Assembly (NCBI GenBank): GCA_010909165.1
Contig: MU008179.1
Location: 682,001 to 746,000 of the forward strand
DNA length: 64,000 nt
Source of the DNA: Anthoceros angustus
Taxonomy: Eukaryota > Plantae > Anthocerotophyta
Reading direction: 5' to 3'
Below the pieces are notes generated by a model that was not told where the DNA came from, did not search any database, and saw only the letters and a program-made list of their open reading frames with translations. Shown piece after piece: positions 1-12,617 of the stretch (positions within the stretch are counted from its first letter, which is position 1; the number at the start of each line of letters is the position of its first letter). The position numbers were made by a program, and so were the translations under genes.

Positions 1-1618
1 TCCAGTCTGCACTCCAGTGCGGCCCGTCATGTGAGCCCCCCAAGTGTCACGGGATGTGCAAGCGCTGCATTCGATGCCGTTCGCCCTTCGCTGTTACGCC
101 CGCGCGCCCGCGTGTTCCTGTCTGACCGCCGAATCATCGGGTTGGATTCCCGATGATCATCGTTGTGCCTCTGCAACACCATACACAAACCCCTGCCAGA
201 TAGCCGTAATCAAAACCATTGCCATCTCCCTTGCCATAGCCTTTGCCACTGCGGTAAGCCAGAACCTGCAGACCCTTTCCAGTGCCGATGCCGTTCCCAA
301 GCCCTCATCCATCTCCCTTTCACCTGTCAAGGCCTCTCTTTCCCTTGCCATCGCCATTGCTGACGGCCATGCACACGCCAACTGACATGCATTGCCACGC
401 TCCAAATCAAAAATCCACAACGCTGCGCACGCACTGCGAATTGCGAGCAACCACGACAGAGTCGTATCATTACCGACATCACCCTGTCCGCCTTCGCCCT
501 GCCGCAACCTGCCCGTCATTCCTTCCCTCGGCAGTGGACAACTCCAGCAGTTTCAGTTTCGCCGCGGCTAAACTCGCGCAGTGAGTGCGTTTGGCCGACG
601 TGGCATACTGCCGTGGAGGATGACTCTGGAACCGTGCGACGCTACGAAACGAAACGAACAGCCAGGCCGCTTGAATAATTTGAGAATCTCTCGAGCATCT
701 GCCTCCATGGCTTGCTGGCTACGGCCCCTTCTTCAGGACCCTTCGTCAACACGCTTCCTTAGCTCTTGTGAGGCTGCCCACAATGGCTCAAGTTCATTTC
801 TGAATTGAGCTCCGCATCTCCAGGCTGCAAATCGAGCCCAGGCTCGCTGCTATCACTTCCAGATTCCCGTCACTCACTTCATTTGCGCTCCTCTTCCTGC
901 AAGGAGCCAGCAGCAACGCTTCTGTCTGCGACGTATACCACGACACAGCCAGGTATGGTTCACTCTCTGCTTCCCTTTGAGACTCCTTTCATCAGTCTGA
1001 TTAACTTTTGCCTCTTCGAGGATGTGAGAAACGTAGAGCAACAAGTCGGGCGGAACGCCAAGACATTTGCTCTGCTGCCTTCATGGTGCTCATTCTAATT
1101 TGGCAACACGATATCGGAACCACCGACAAGGCATCAGAGATCATGATAGTGATGGATTTCAGCTACTTGCTTCCTGAACCTGTGCTGTTGCTTGGAGTGC
1201 ACACCTCTGAAGGTACTTTAAGTACCCACACTAGCTCATACTGTCCTCATCTGACGTGCTCTGTTGCTCTCCCTTCGACATGTCTTGTCGTCAACAGGAA
1301 GGAGAAACCTTTCTTGAGGAGCCTGCAGCCAGCAAGGAGTCTTGAGCCAGAGTGTATCAGTTTTGGAAGGGGTATACACTTCTAGACTCTCTGAGCCTTC
1401 TCCCGCCTCCCTCTACTCTTCAAACATTTCTTGGAGGTCTTAGTTTGGACAGGATAGGCTTTGCCAGCATAACGACAGGAGGAACTGAAGCCAATGGCCC
1501 TCACAGGAACCAGCACACCACACGAGCTTATACTACGAAGGACCCAGTCTGAGGACGCACCTTAATACCACCTTCCAGCAGTCCATAGCCTAAGGACACA
1601 CACTAGAGCTGTACGACA

Positions 1619-2239
1619 ATGGCCAAATCATCTGGAGCATCTACCACGAGGTCTAACAAATCTAAGGAGGAAGAAGATGGTGGTGACAGTGAGTCGGAAG
1701 TGGAGGGACCCTTTGGAGGTTACAACACCGGTGCAATGCCACTCAGCCACCGAATTGGATACAAATGGCACCCTGTCATTCCAGTCCCTTATTGTACAGG
1801 ACGAGGGCCACATGCCTTCATCGACACAACCAAGGGAAGAAGATCTTCAAGCTCAGCAGCCCTTACAGCCAGGCTCCTTGCTAAATGGCATTATCACAGC
1901 GCCTGCAGTGTCGAAGGTCAAGAAGCCGAGCTCAAGCGAAGAGAGGATGCCTGTAACAAGTTCTACGCAGAAAGAGACAGAGTTATTGCAGAGGCCAGAC
2001 GGATGCGGGAGGAAGCTCAGTTTCGAATCATCAGAGGAGACCCATGGAAAGAGAAAGAAAAGGCTGAGCACAAGCATGTCCTTCGCAAACTCCCCTACTT
2101 TGAACCAGAGACCCTGGACAGGATTCAAGAGATTGGTTCCTCAGGAGAGGACGGATTTGATGGAAGGCTCTTTGATAACCAAGGTTTCGCTTCCACCAGT
2201 CACAGATTCAAGAGCCCGGCCTTGCCAGGAGAACTCTGA
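1619..2239 (+). CDS. 206-aa ORF overlapping the AAC4-like gene in another frame (hypothetical)
   Basis: ATG in good context (acaATGG). Charged helical segment EAELKRREDACNKFYAERDRVIAEARRMREEAQF. No recognised family. Confidence 0.3.
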   Translation: MAKSSGASTTRSNKSKEEEDGGDSESEVEGPFGGYNTGAMPLSHRIGYKWHPVIPVPYCTGRGPHAFIDTTKGRRSSSSAALTARLLAKWHYHSACSVEGQEAELKRREDACNKFYAERDRVIAEARRMREEAQFRIIRGDPWKEKEKAEHKHVLRKLPYFEPETLDRIQEIGSSGEDGFDGRLFDNQGFASTSHRFKSPALPGEL

Positions 2240-4378
2240 CTCGGTCAGGGCCTGCAGAGGTAATGAAGGACAATTGCGCAGCAAACCATCGGCAAGACCT
2301 TCAGGGCACTCAACTTGTCCTATCCGGGTGGCAAACACTCTTGGTGACGTGCAACAAGATGCTCAAACCTATAGTTGTCAACAGAGAGGCTGCCATACAT
2401 CAAACTCTATACACAGACTCTCAGTAAGTAGCACAGCCACAGGAGGTATCTATCATGATTCGACTAGGAGGCATAACCATGTTTCTGAGCCTGTGCACAA
2501 TGGTAGTAGCTTCCTACGATTACATGGTGGTCCTATAGGTGCCAACTGGGTAAAATCTGTTGCCCCAAGTAATCACGACAGGAAAATGTTGAAGGAGGAA
2601 ACGTGGCCATCAATCCATGAGTCCACCCGATTGCATGACAACAGCACACAGCCAGTTTATACTACTAAGCGCAGAAGACGTTCATTGTCTACTGTCAAAG
2701 AGACTACTGGTCCATCATGTGACCTGGAAAGTGTACATACTGCAGTGCAACAGGGATCTCTACCACCAGTCAAGAAAAGCAGACCACATTCTGAGACTGA
2801 GCAGAGAGGCTACAGAAGATCAAACCGAAATCCTGCAGATCTGCTCAGTCATGCAGCAACGAAGAGCACATCCCGGGCATCTATGACAATCAACCACTAC
2901 TTCGCTCATCTGGATATCCGATGCATAGGTAAGGGAATGAAATTAGAACAGGCACCACAATGCCGTTCAAGGGTGCTATTGCCAAGCCTGCATGGAAGGA
3001 AACACTGTAATGAGAAGGCGGCATCCACTTCAGGCAGAGGAGAGGAACTGGAGAAATCAGGAGAGGCAGAGCCCCTACCACAGCCAAGGAACTGTCAACT
3101 CCCTGGAGAGAGAGCAGATCCCTCATCCGTCACTACATCGTGCTCCTATCAAGCCAGTTGCGACACAGTAGTCAGCGACAATGCAGCAGAGAGAACCGAA
3201 CCCGTCCTGGCGATCGTCAACAAAGATTTTGCTGTGACTACGCCAGTCAAGGAGAACTTGCTTCTGACAATTGCACTGACACGAGCTAAGGACGGATCTG
3301 ATGATGATTGCGACTACATGTCTGAGAAACACCGCCTTAACACTCGCGGCCCTCTTACCCCAAAGTGCGGAAAGATATTGGTGGGGCATTTCACTGCTTT
3401 CTCTTCGTTTATGGGATTTCTGTTGGGACATGAAGCTAAAAGGGTTGCCACAAAGCCGAACGCAGGGGGCAGATCCTCTATTTCTGAGGTTTTATCTTGC
3501 CTTTTCATGTCTGCATATGTTGCCTCAATTGTCTCTGCAAAGTTCCATATGCACAACCTACATCTGACTTCGGAAAACACTGTGCTAGGCAGGTCCTATC
3601 AGTGGAGTATTTCGTCCGGACATTTCAAGCTAAAGACGTGGTCTCTGAAACAGAGGTATTCCAGACCTTTTACTGAAATCCAGTTCAGGACGCTTTGATG
3701 CATTTCATGCTGCAAGCTAAGTATGGGCTAAACACATTTCAGGTGGAATACAGCTTCGTGAACATGAAGAAAGTTGATTACATCTGCACAATATTAGGTC
3801 GGCGCGTGGGAGTTTCAGTGACTCGAGCTATGTCCTACCCAGATCCAGAGAAATTCAACGAAGATACTGCTATTGACCTTTTAAGAAAGAAACTATTTGG
3901 TTTGGTAAGTTTTCGAGTCCCTGAGCAAACATTTCAGAAGAGTTGGCGAGGCTGCAGCATTTTGCTCTAGCTTCATGGGTACACTGATTTATTCATGTGC
4001 AAATGATCCCGGACATCTTCCACTAACTTTCATCACGTTATTAGGTAGTGGCAAGGAGGGGTGTAAAGAAAAGACATGGGTTTTCTCAGTGTATTCTTCA
4101 TGTGTGGTGTGAAACTAGGAAGGCAGCCAAGATTGTTGAGGACAAATATCCAGGTGAGGAAACTGCTCTGCCAATCCTAAAACTGTCAAAGACCAGAGTG
4201 CTTGTGGGCTCATTACAATTGCCCGCATTTAATGACAGAGATATCGACGGAGATGGAGGTATCAGATGACGTGGTAATGGTGTTGACAGTGGCAGAAGGT
4301 GCAGAGGCCCGACCAATATTCTACGAGTCCTGCCTGACCTCAAAACTTCCTGCCTCTAGGAAACTTGTGTGGTGCTAA
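1677..4378 (+). CDS. AAC4-like protein (long disordered N-terminus + C-terminal AAC4/PD-(D/E)xK-like domain), multi-exon
   Basis: 673-codon open frame, then spliced exons reading PNAGGRSSISE|VLSVEYFVRTFQAKDVVSETE|VEYSFVNMKKVDYICTILGRRVGVSVTRAM...LLRKKLFGL|VVARRGV...CILHVWC...|..VVMVLTVAEG..IFYE..*, with GT-AG introns. These motifs match the Dictyostelium AAC4-like family as I recall it. Start codon uncertain. Confidence 0.7.
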
Positions 4379-4561
4379 CTGCTACTCGGACAATCTTGTA
4401 GTTTGCGACTCGAAAAATTGTTACCAACGCAAAATTAAATTGCCAACTTTTACTTCTACAAACGTTCATCAGCACATTTTGCGGAGGGTGATAGGCAAAA
4501 ACGTACCTGCTGGCTGACTCGTCCAAACTACTTGCTCAGTAATGATTGTTGTGCCTTGTTC

Positions 4562-6486
4562 CTAAACTGAAGCAGGGGCAGCTTCGAAGAGCTGGTCCAG
4601 ATCATTCAGACTGCGCAGGAGACAAAATATCACTTTCGGAGGAGCATAGTAACCATAAACCAAACAGGCAACGAATGAATATGTCATGCCTCACCTAACA
4701 TTTCCGAGGTCCGGATATACTGCTTTCGCTGAGCTGAAATCCTGCAAGGACAAACGTACCAATGTGCTTAGTGGCAAAAAGATGGCTGTAATCTCAGGCA
4801 GCATTATACAGTGCGTTGCAGGTACCTGCTGACTTGTCGAAGATGTAAAGGACACGATACATCCCATTCCAGCACCCGATGCAGCCTGACGAGAAACCAT
4901 GTCAGGTGTCGCAACAAGTTTAACCTAACTTGTTCCAGAAATGGGTTGGGCGGATGCCCACCTGAAGCCCGATGACGCTGTCCTCGACGACCAATGAGTT
5001 TTCGGGGGATACTCCAAGTTTCTGCGAGAGCAACGAAGTAGGGGACCCTAAGATAAAGCAATGCGTCTGCCAGTTTAAATTGTTCCCTATAGGAACTTAC
5101 TTCTGCAGCAGCTATGTAGATTGATGGATCTGGTTTCTTTTTGTCAACGTCGTCCCCTGCCAAACCCAGCCAGATTATCATGCAGGAAACGAAATGTCCT
5201 AGCAAGTTGACGTTGAAGACAAAGCCCTAAACTAGACCTACAAGTTGACGACTACACACCAGAATAAGAACTTGAGCTCACCTGCAAGGAAGCAATCTAG
5301 TGTCCCAAAACGCTCCTGCAAGTTTCCAAGCAACACTTAATATCGGGCTTTGGTTCCTGGTTATCTGCTGCCTATCTGCCGGCTACCTGCTGAAGGACAT
5401 ACCTCACCGAGCAGGTTTGTAAGACAGAAAACAACCGAACTCTTCGTAGCGGCGGAGCATACTGCCAGCTTCTTACCCTGCTTACACAATCCAGTAAGCA
5501 AAACCTTATGATTTGGGTGGTTTGCAAATCCAGAAAAGAAGACGTGTGATAAGACAGTAGTACAGACAGCTGCACGGGCATCATCCATCAGTCTTAAGAC
5601 TCCAGGTCGTGTCTCCACCTGCATTTCAAACAAGCACCTTTCAAAATCCACACTCACATACATCAACCATCCTCCGGTTTCCCCGCAGCCAATGTCACAG
5701 AGCGAGAGGGCAAGCTGCTTACAGTGCCTGACCGAATAAAATCTTTGTACTTTTCCGTCTTCCAGTCCTGCATGCGACCACAAAATGAAAACCGCTGCTC
5801 CCACGCTCACTGCCCTGATGAGCACAAAGCCGCTACTGAGCGGTGAGAAACATGCAAACCCCACACGCTCACCTGCAGCACGTCGATTAAACGCTCTCTG
5901 TCAGCTTCAGTTTCGGGAGGGACTGCGGACACGGAAGATGACGGCCATCCGTTCAAATTGAAGTACCTGTAAATCGGCAACACCAAACAAAATCCCCAGA
6001 TTCACATCCAAAATCCAGAGCTTAACCCTCATTGCGACCTAACAAACTTGCCTCCCTCCAACAACAACCGAAACCGCACACTCACCATCGCATCTTAGGC
6101 TTGCCCCCTCCAATCTGGTTCTGCAGCTGATCGTAGAACTCGGAAGTCCATTCCACGGGTGCGGAAGCGGAAGGGAGCGTGACATTGAAGTGCTGGAAAG
6201 TGGCATTATACGCCCGCCGGTGCAGATCCTCAGACTCCAAAATGACGCCATCGCAGTCAAAGATAAGCGCCTCCAAGGCAGCCTTCACAGTACCAGCCCG
6301 CCCCCGGGCCGAGCTCCAGAAACCAACTCCGGGCAGGAGACGCAAGGAGAGGCAGGAAGGAAGAAAAGCGGTGGCTAGAAGTCTGGTTGACACACGCGGC
6401 GTTTCCAAGGCGGAGTTGCGTTGCACAAAGCTAGAGCGTGATGGCCGGAGGCGGCATGGAGGGACAGACGCTAGCGCTGCCTCCAT
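4562..6486 (-). CDS. CbbY-like HAD-superfamily hydrolase with plastid transit peptide (At4g39970-like), ~9 exons
   Basis: HAD motif I LIFDCDGVILESE, IGGGKPKMRWYF, CSAATKSSV, AGDDVDKKKPDPSIY, VVEDSVIGL. Last exon ends ...DLDQLFEAAPASV* at 4562. Confidence 0.92.
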
Positions 6487-6956
6487 CTCATCAGCCTCCT
6501 GGATTGCTGGGTCGGAACTTGTCGTCGCTTCCCGTGTCCCTTCACCTGTTTCGGTTAATCCTCAATCCAGGGACCACGTGCGTTCGTTTCCTCCCTTTCT
6601 CCTATTCATGTTTGTATTGCAACGACTTTATGGCTGGTAACTCGGTTCGGGAAAACACACAACGCTGGTTTTTGGAAGGTGACGAAGGGTTTGCTCTCAC
6701 ACACATGCAACAGCAGTTGGAATGCCGTGGTTCTCTCTGGACTTTGAAGGAAGCAGCTGCTTTCAGTGCTTGGAGGAAGCATGTTCAAATCAGGTACCTA
6801 GTACAAAGTGGTAGAGCAAAACAAAAAGAGACACCGCCACCATCTCAGCACACGCACAAGAAGTAGCATGGGAAGAAGGGAAGGGACGGGAGAGGAGGGG
6901 AAAAGGAGGGGAGTTTTAGGACCTGATAGAGGGAATGAGGAAGGGAGAAAATTGGG

Positions 6957-7733
6957 TTAGGGGCAGAAGATGACGTTGTAATTGGTGCCATGGGCGCAAA
7001 AGAAGATGGAGGTGGGGTCGTCGTAGTTGTAGCTGTAGGCGGAGGGGCAGGCGGCCTTGAATTGCTCGGTCCCAGGGGTGGGGCCGATGCCATTCGCGCC
7101 GTCGGTGTTGATGCAGGCGTGCGGGCCTCGGCGAGGGGCAGGCTGTGCAGCTGGTTGTTGGAGGAGCAGAAGGAGACGACGTCGGAGATGGTGCAGGAGG
7201 GCGAGGGGCAGCAACTGCCGATGGCCTCGATCTGGAGGCCGATGGTGTAGGCGTCCACGTTGCTGACATCGTAGTAGGCGGTGGAGTCGACGAGGTTGAA
7301 TTCCGCCAGATTGGCCAGGTTCCTGTCTTTGGCGCCGGCGGGGTTGCCTCCGGGAGCCACGCACTGCCCTCGCACCGACGCCCAAACTGCCGCCGCAGGC
7401 CACCCGCAGGCCCACCCAAAGTCCAGGATCTGCGATTGCCCGGATACCAGCTGGTACTGGTAGATGGGTCGGCTGCCGACTGCGCGCATGGGGTTACTGG
7501 CATGGGTATGGGCACCTGTTCTGCACGTTCGCGTAGCAACCTACAGCTGGGTAACAAGAGAGGTTGTCATGTGCGAATTCCGGTTCTAGCGAGCTGCAAT
7601 TAAGCAAATCGATGTCGCAGTGTTGTGAAGAAGTACCGTGCACTGCGACGAGCAGGCTGCTAGCGATGGCCGCCAGCGCAGCAATTCCTGAATCTGCATT
7701 GTTACCGCATCTGATGATCCTTGGTTTGGACAA
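6957..7733 (-). pseudogene. Thaumatin-like (PR-5) protein, frameshifted
   Basis: Pieces in three frames: VQNRCPYP / VTPCAQ / [26 protein letters not shown] / [31 protein letters not shown]. Frameshifts near 7500, 7480 and 7130. No in-frame ATG ahead of the hydrophobic signal segment. Confidence 0.8.
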
Positions 7734-8864
7734 TTCCTATTACACTGTGCTAACGTATGCTAGCAAATTTAAACCAAGGATCATCACAGCTTAAATGGGT
7801 TGAGAAGACACAGAGAACATGTTCAACCCTAGTTTGATTCATATTTCTTCCTCCGTATCAGGTTCATTATGCACATCATCTTCCTCCAAACCTGCAAGCT
7901 CATTATTATGCACATCATCTTCCTCCGCACCAGCATGATTAGTGTGTACAAGTGATGGATTTACCAAAGATAGTATATCACTTCTAGCCGTAAGAGTGTG
8001 AGCAGAATTAGATGATGTATTAGATATATATACTCTAGTGTAGTTATAACACTGTACACTACAATAGTCTCATATAGTGTCAGGGGAGGTCATGTTAGCA
8101 GATGATGCAACTTTTCGCCGTGGATATATGTTTCCTACTCTTTTTCTGTCCTTTGCTTTCGAAACAATGTGTATTCATCTCTGTTGTATATATTATTACA
8201 TTTGAGGCCTCTATTACCAATGTTTACTCCTAGGCCTCTAAGTGTAGTTGTCTTACATCCAAATCCTCTTCTGTCACATCTAAAGCATTGCACACATTGG
8301 TGACTACTGTGATGACTTTTCACACATAGCTTGCAACAAAGTGTGGAATCATTACGTGTTATACAATAATAATTACACTTGTTGTCTTATTCATTACATC
8401 TTGTAAAATTATCACATGAAATATCTTTTGTAGAAAGTATACCTTATATCCAACTTGGAAGCGCCATAACAAGTAGACCTATGAATGCAAAAGAAAGATT
8501 ATAATATAATCTTTCTTTTGCCGATGCTTCGCTAGCTTCAGTCGCTCTTGTTTTAATTGAACTCTGTGCGACCGCAGTTCGCTCTCCAAAAGTTCTGCCA
8601 AGGAACCATGACGATGTGAGATTCTTATATTGCAGAGGGAGAGCATAAGTGCGCGCAGACTGGGGCTCCTACTTTTGGACTTGGGCACGCCGGCAAGTCT
8701 TGCGCACATTGGCATAATAGGTACCTCTGGCGCCCTTGTGCGCGCACTTCCTCTGCGTCCATGAAGTCGCTTCCTCTGTCGTGCGGTCGCGCACTCCTCG
8801 CTTTAGCACACTTGTCTTGGCGTCCTTATCTGGACCTACCTTGTTCTCGTCGATCTGTCGTAAT

Positions 8865-9974
8865 CTAAATGGCCATCTTGATAGTTTCACACTGAACACA
8901 TTTGGAAAAGCGGCTGCACTTCGGGATCTTGACATTCGGGAAGTGCATCTTCCACAGTGCGTAAAAATGAGAGTGAGATACATTTGACATCCCAGCCCGT
9001 GCCACCTCCCATTTGTAGTCTTGAAAGATCTCTCCCTTCGTATAGGAGTCAGGCAGGTTGAACACTGCAACATTTGGCATGCGCTCTACACATATCTTGA
9101 AAAACTGGTCCATCCAAGCAATGCATTCTAGCACATGGTCCTGCTTTGGACAGGCTTGGACCTTCCTTTCCGATGACCATGGTGTGTTCCGGACAACCCT
9201 GTTCGTCAGATCATGATACCTTCTCCATCCAATGCAGAACACCTTGCGAAAACTTCGAACACAACATTGCGTTCTAAAGTCTCCGCACAGGAAGTTGATC
9301 ACCTTCGTTGTGTTGGGATAGAGTTGAACTACCTCAAGCAGACTTTCCAAATACAATTTCTGTTGCTCTCGACCCATTCCCAAGAAGCGATACCTGAGGT
9401 TTTCTATATGTTTCCTTCCAACTTTCAAAACATCCTTTGCTACAACAATGCGACGACCATGCACTCTGAATCTGCTCATTGGAGCACAACCTTTGAGCAC
9501 GCTTCCACCGTCTGTTGGGATATTGCCGACGTTTGTGAGGGCTGGCCTGCATGAAAGTCTTCGATAAAGCTTTGGGATTGAATTTTGCTTCAAGTCCTCC
9601 AAAACCATCGTCTGCGATGTCGCAATCTTCCGATGGAAAATGGGAGCGTCTTGACCGCATCGTAGAATAGTGGCTGCATCTCGGGGCCTCTTCTTTTCAC
9701 GAACCCACGTCACGCTTCCATGTTCCGGAGTAGTGTCCAAAAGATTAGGCCTTGGAGAAGATGACCTTTCGTCATTCTCTAATGGAGTCGTATCCATGAC
9801 CATTACCCGTTTTGGAATAGAAGCATCAGGAGTAGTTTCCATAACAGCAAACTTGTGCGCGATGTCACGATGGCCACTCGCTGGAGGCGATTTCAAATCG
9901 CTCCTGCAACTGTCCTCTACATTCCGCATCACCCGCAATCGAATGCCATGTCGCTTTCTCCCCGATTCTGCCAT
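8865..9974 (-). mobile_element. N-terminal half of a DUF7869/Sola-like DNA transposase, truncated
   Basis: WMDQFF..CVERMPN...LPDSYTKGEIFQDY...FYALWKMHFPNVKIPKCSRFSKCVQCETIK, typical of this transposase family. Ends just after the CxxC. Confidence 0.65.
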
Positions 9975-10859
9975 ATTTGCCGGAGGGCCCTGCCCTGCAT
10001 TGCAATATGCTGGATCAAGGTATTGACAAGGTGTGAGACGAGAATGTGAAAGAGGATAGTGGCCTCGTAATCTGAACGTTCAAATTAGGGAACTTGATGG
10101 TTGGACATGATGACAGCCGCCAGAAAATAACCACTCGCAACGGCAACCCGACGCCGGCGATGTTTTGTAAACCCTAGGTTACTTAACCCTCGGTTAAAAA
10201 ACTCAGGGTTAGTGCTTAGTCAATTAACCATGGTTCCATCCTAACCGAGGTCAGTCCATCCACTAAAACGGTAAGTGCCCATTTTTAGGGTTAGTGCCAT
10301 AGGTTTTGGGCGCGGTGCGCAATTTCAGTGTTTCCTCAGCGTTTGCAGGTCCAATTTCTGTCGGATTGTCTATGGGTGTGTGGCTGCGAAGGCAATCGAG
10401 TGGAGCATGCGGGAGGGGCGCGACCGGATTCCGGTGAACGAAAGAGGCAGATCCACAGGCGCCTAGGAATTTCTATAAGGTTCCAGCTGTTCTAACATGC
10501 TCTTGGGAATTTTGTCCTGTAGAGGCAGCGTGCTTGAGGAAGCCCATGTGGACGCGCCTGAGGGTGCGCCCACATGGGCTTTGTCATGCCGTATGATACT
10601 AATCTCTGCACTTGGGTTTAGCGTTTGATTAGCATTAATTAATCTAATTACTTATCTTTAAGAAAATAATTAGTGTTAATTAATCTAAGATGCTTATGTT
10701 AATTAAGCATTGATTAGTGTTAATGGGTGCATGTCCACTTTGGTGTACCATATGTTGTCACATATGGCCGCAATCCTAGTAACCCCTCCTTCAAATGGGC
10801 CACACCTTCCATTGGTGTTAGAGTTCTTGCCGTTCCCTTTTTGTCCCGAGCCCGCAAAG

Positions 10860-11660
10860 ACAGTAATGGTGCAGCCATTATTGCCTAAGTAGGCACAAAA
10901 TTCAAAAAACTCCAATCCAGCCTTAGTTTCCAGTAGCGGGGATGTTGAATATTGCTTGCTCCTGATGACTGTAACGAGGCCACGGTCGGGTTTCTCCTCC
11001 CGTGTAATTTTGAACTGGTGCTGGAACAACAGTTTATTTAGTTTTTTTCACCGCTGTAGCATACTTTTGTCTGCTATCCCGTCACGTTATCGGCCATACA
11101 TATGTGCGGGAATCTGGAACCTCCGTCAGTACCTTCACCTGCGGCAATGGTATGTACGCCTCTCTGAGAATATCTGCCATTATGAGAAGCATGTGCGCCT
11201 CTTTGTGTTTCAAGCTTTTAGAGTAGCAAGAAAACATTTGGTCAATTTGATCATGAGTGTGGCCCACGGGAACGAAGCCCACCTTCACTTTTTCAAATGT
11301 GCCCATGACGACTAGCATGTTGAGATAAGCAATTAGTAGCTGATTCTTATTCAAACGGCATGTATTGTCCAGCTGCAAATACAGAACTTTGGGCAGGACA
11401 CCATCATAGTTGTGGATTACATCTTGAATTACGCTAATAGTCAAATTGGCATCATTCCGAAAGTTGACATAGTGTAAAAATGCTTTGGCTTTGTGCGTGT
11501 AGTTGTGGATCGTGCACCCCACAACGTGTGCTGAAATGCGGCATTCCTTATCTAGATTCTTTGGCCACCTCAAAATGTGTGGGATCTCCGTCTTTTTCTA
11601 GTCCATGTCATCAATGGCTAATAAAATATATTTATGCGGCTCCACATAATTCTTGCTGCA
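10860..11660 (-). mobile_element. Catalytic half of a DUF7869/Sola-like transposase, pseudogenised
   Basis: AIDDMD*KKTEIPH (in-frame stop), LYLQLDNTCRLNKNQ, GFVPVGHTHDQIDQMFS, then a frameshift into QHQFKIT...IRSKQYSTSP. Boundaries approximate. Confidence 0.7.
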
Positions 11661-11976
11661 ATGTTTTGTCATCTTTGGGTTCACATGTCATCTTTGGATT
11701 TTGTCATCCCAGGTATTCACATGCTTTGCAAATCCCCTATGTGTTACCGTTGGTTTCCGGTATCGTAGATCGCCTATAGACGGGACCTCATAATATACTG
11801 TAAGTGCTTGTATGTAGAGTCGCATGCTCGTTTCGCTGCCTTTAAGTTTTCCAGCCATTTTCACACACGGGGATGAAGAGGTGCGGGCTTTACGATCATG
11901 TGTGCACTCTATAATGTTCAATGTCCCCGCTGGAATGAGTCTGCCTTACCTTCCAGGTTCAACAGCTCTAAGGGCC

Positions 11977-12617
11977 ATGGATTTCAACACATTAGTGAGG
12001 ACAAAGGAATACAGCCAAGAGATTTTTGAGGTGCCATCCAGCATTCCATCCCAAGTTGGCGATGAGTCTCCTGTCTTTGAGGAGCCTTTAAGGAAACGGA
12101 TCTTGTGGACTGAAGCTCAAATATTGGTTCTCCAAGCTGACGGAGAGATGACCTACAGAGAATGTTATCTGGAGGGAACAAGGAGAAATATAAAGCTGGC
12201 CCTGAACATTGGGCCAAGATTGCCACAACTATGCGGAAGAAGAATATCAAATGCACAGCAAAGCACTGTCAAGACAAGTGGGAATCCTTGCATACAGATT
12301 GGAACAAGATATCCAATCACGAGCGACACCTTGGCTCTAGGAAGAGTTCGTATTGGGACCTCTCCATTCAAGACAAGAGGTACAAGAGACTGCCAACAAA
12401 TTTCTATACTTCCGTTTACAACTGCATGTTATCATGGTTGCCAGAAGGGAGGGATATTGTTCCAGGAGATCTACTCATGGACTCCACATTCCGCCAAAGC
12501 TCCCCCATGACTGAGCCTAGTGTTTCCGATGAGGATTTCTTAAGCTTCAGGTCTTCCATCCACTCCAAAGCTTTCTTAAGCTTCAGGTCTTACATCTACT
12601 CCAAAGCTCCCCCATGA
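11977..12617 (+). pseudogene. Trihelix (Myb/SANT-like, GT/ASR3-type) DNA-binding protein, frameshifted
   Basis: WTEAQILVL in one frame, then HWAKIATTM...CTAKHCQDKWESLHTDWNKISNHER...SYWDLS..DKRYKRLPTNFYTSVY in another. Frameshift at ~12140. Confidence 0.75.

Noticed and set aside
1-1600. Several 60-125-aa ORFs at the window start
   Set aside because: No coherent homology. Probably UTR, promoter or intron sequence, or part of a gene extending outside the window.
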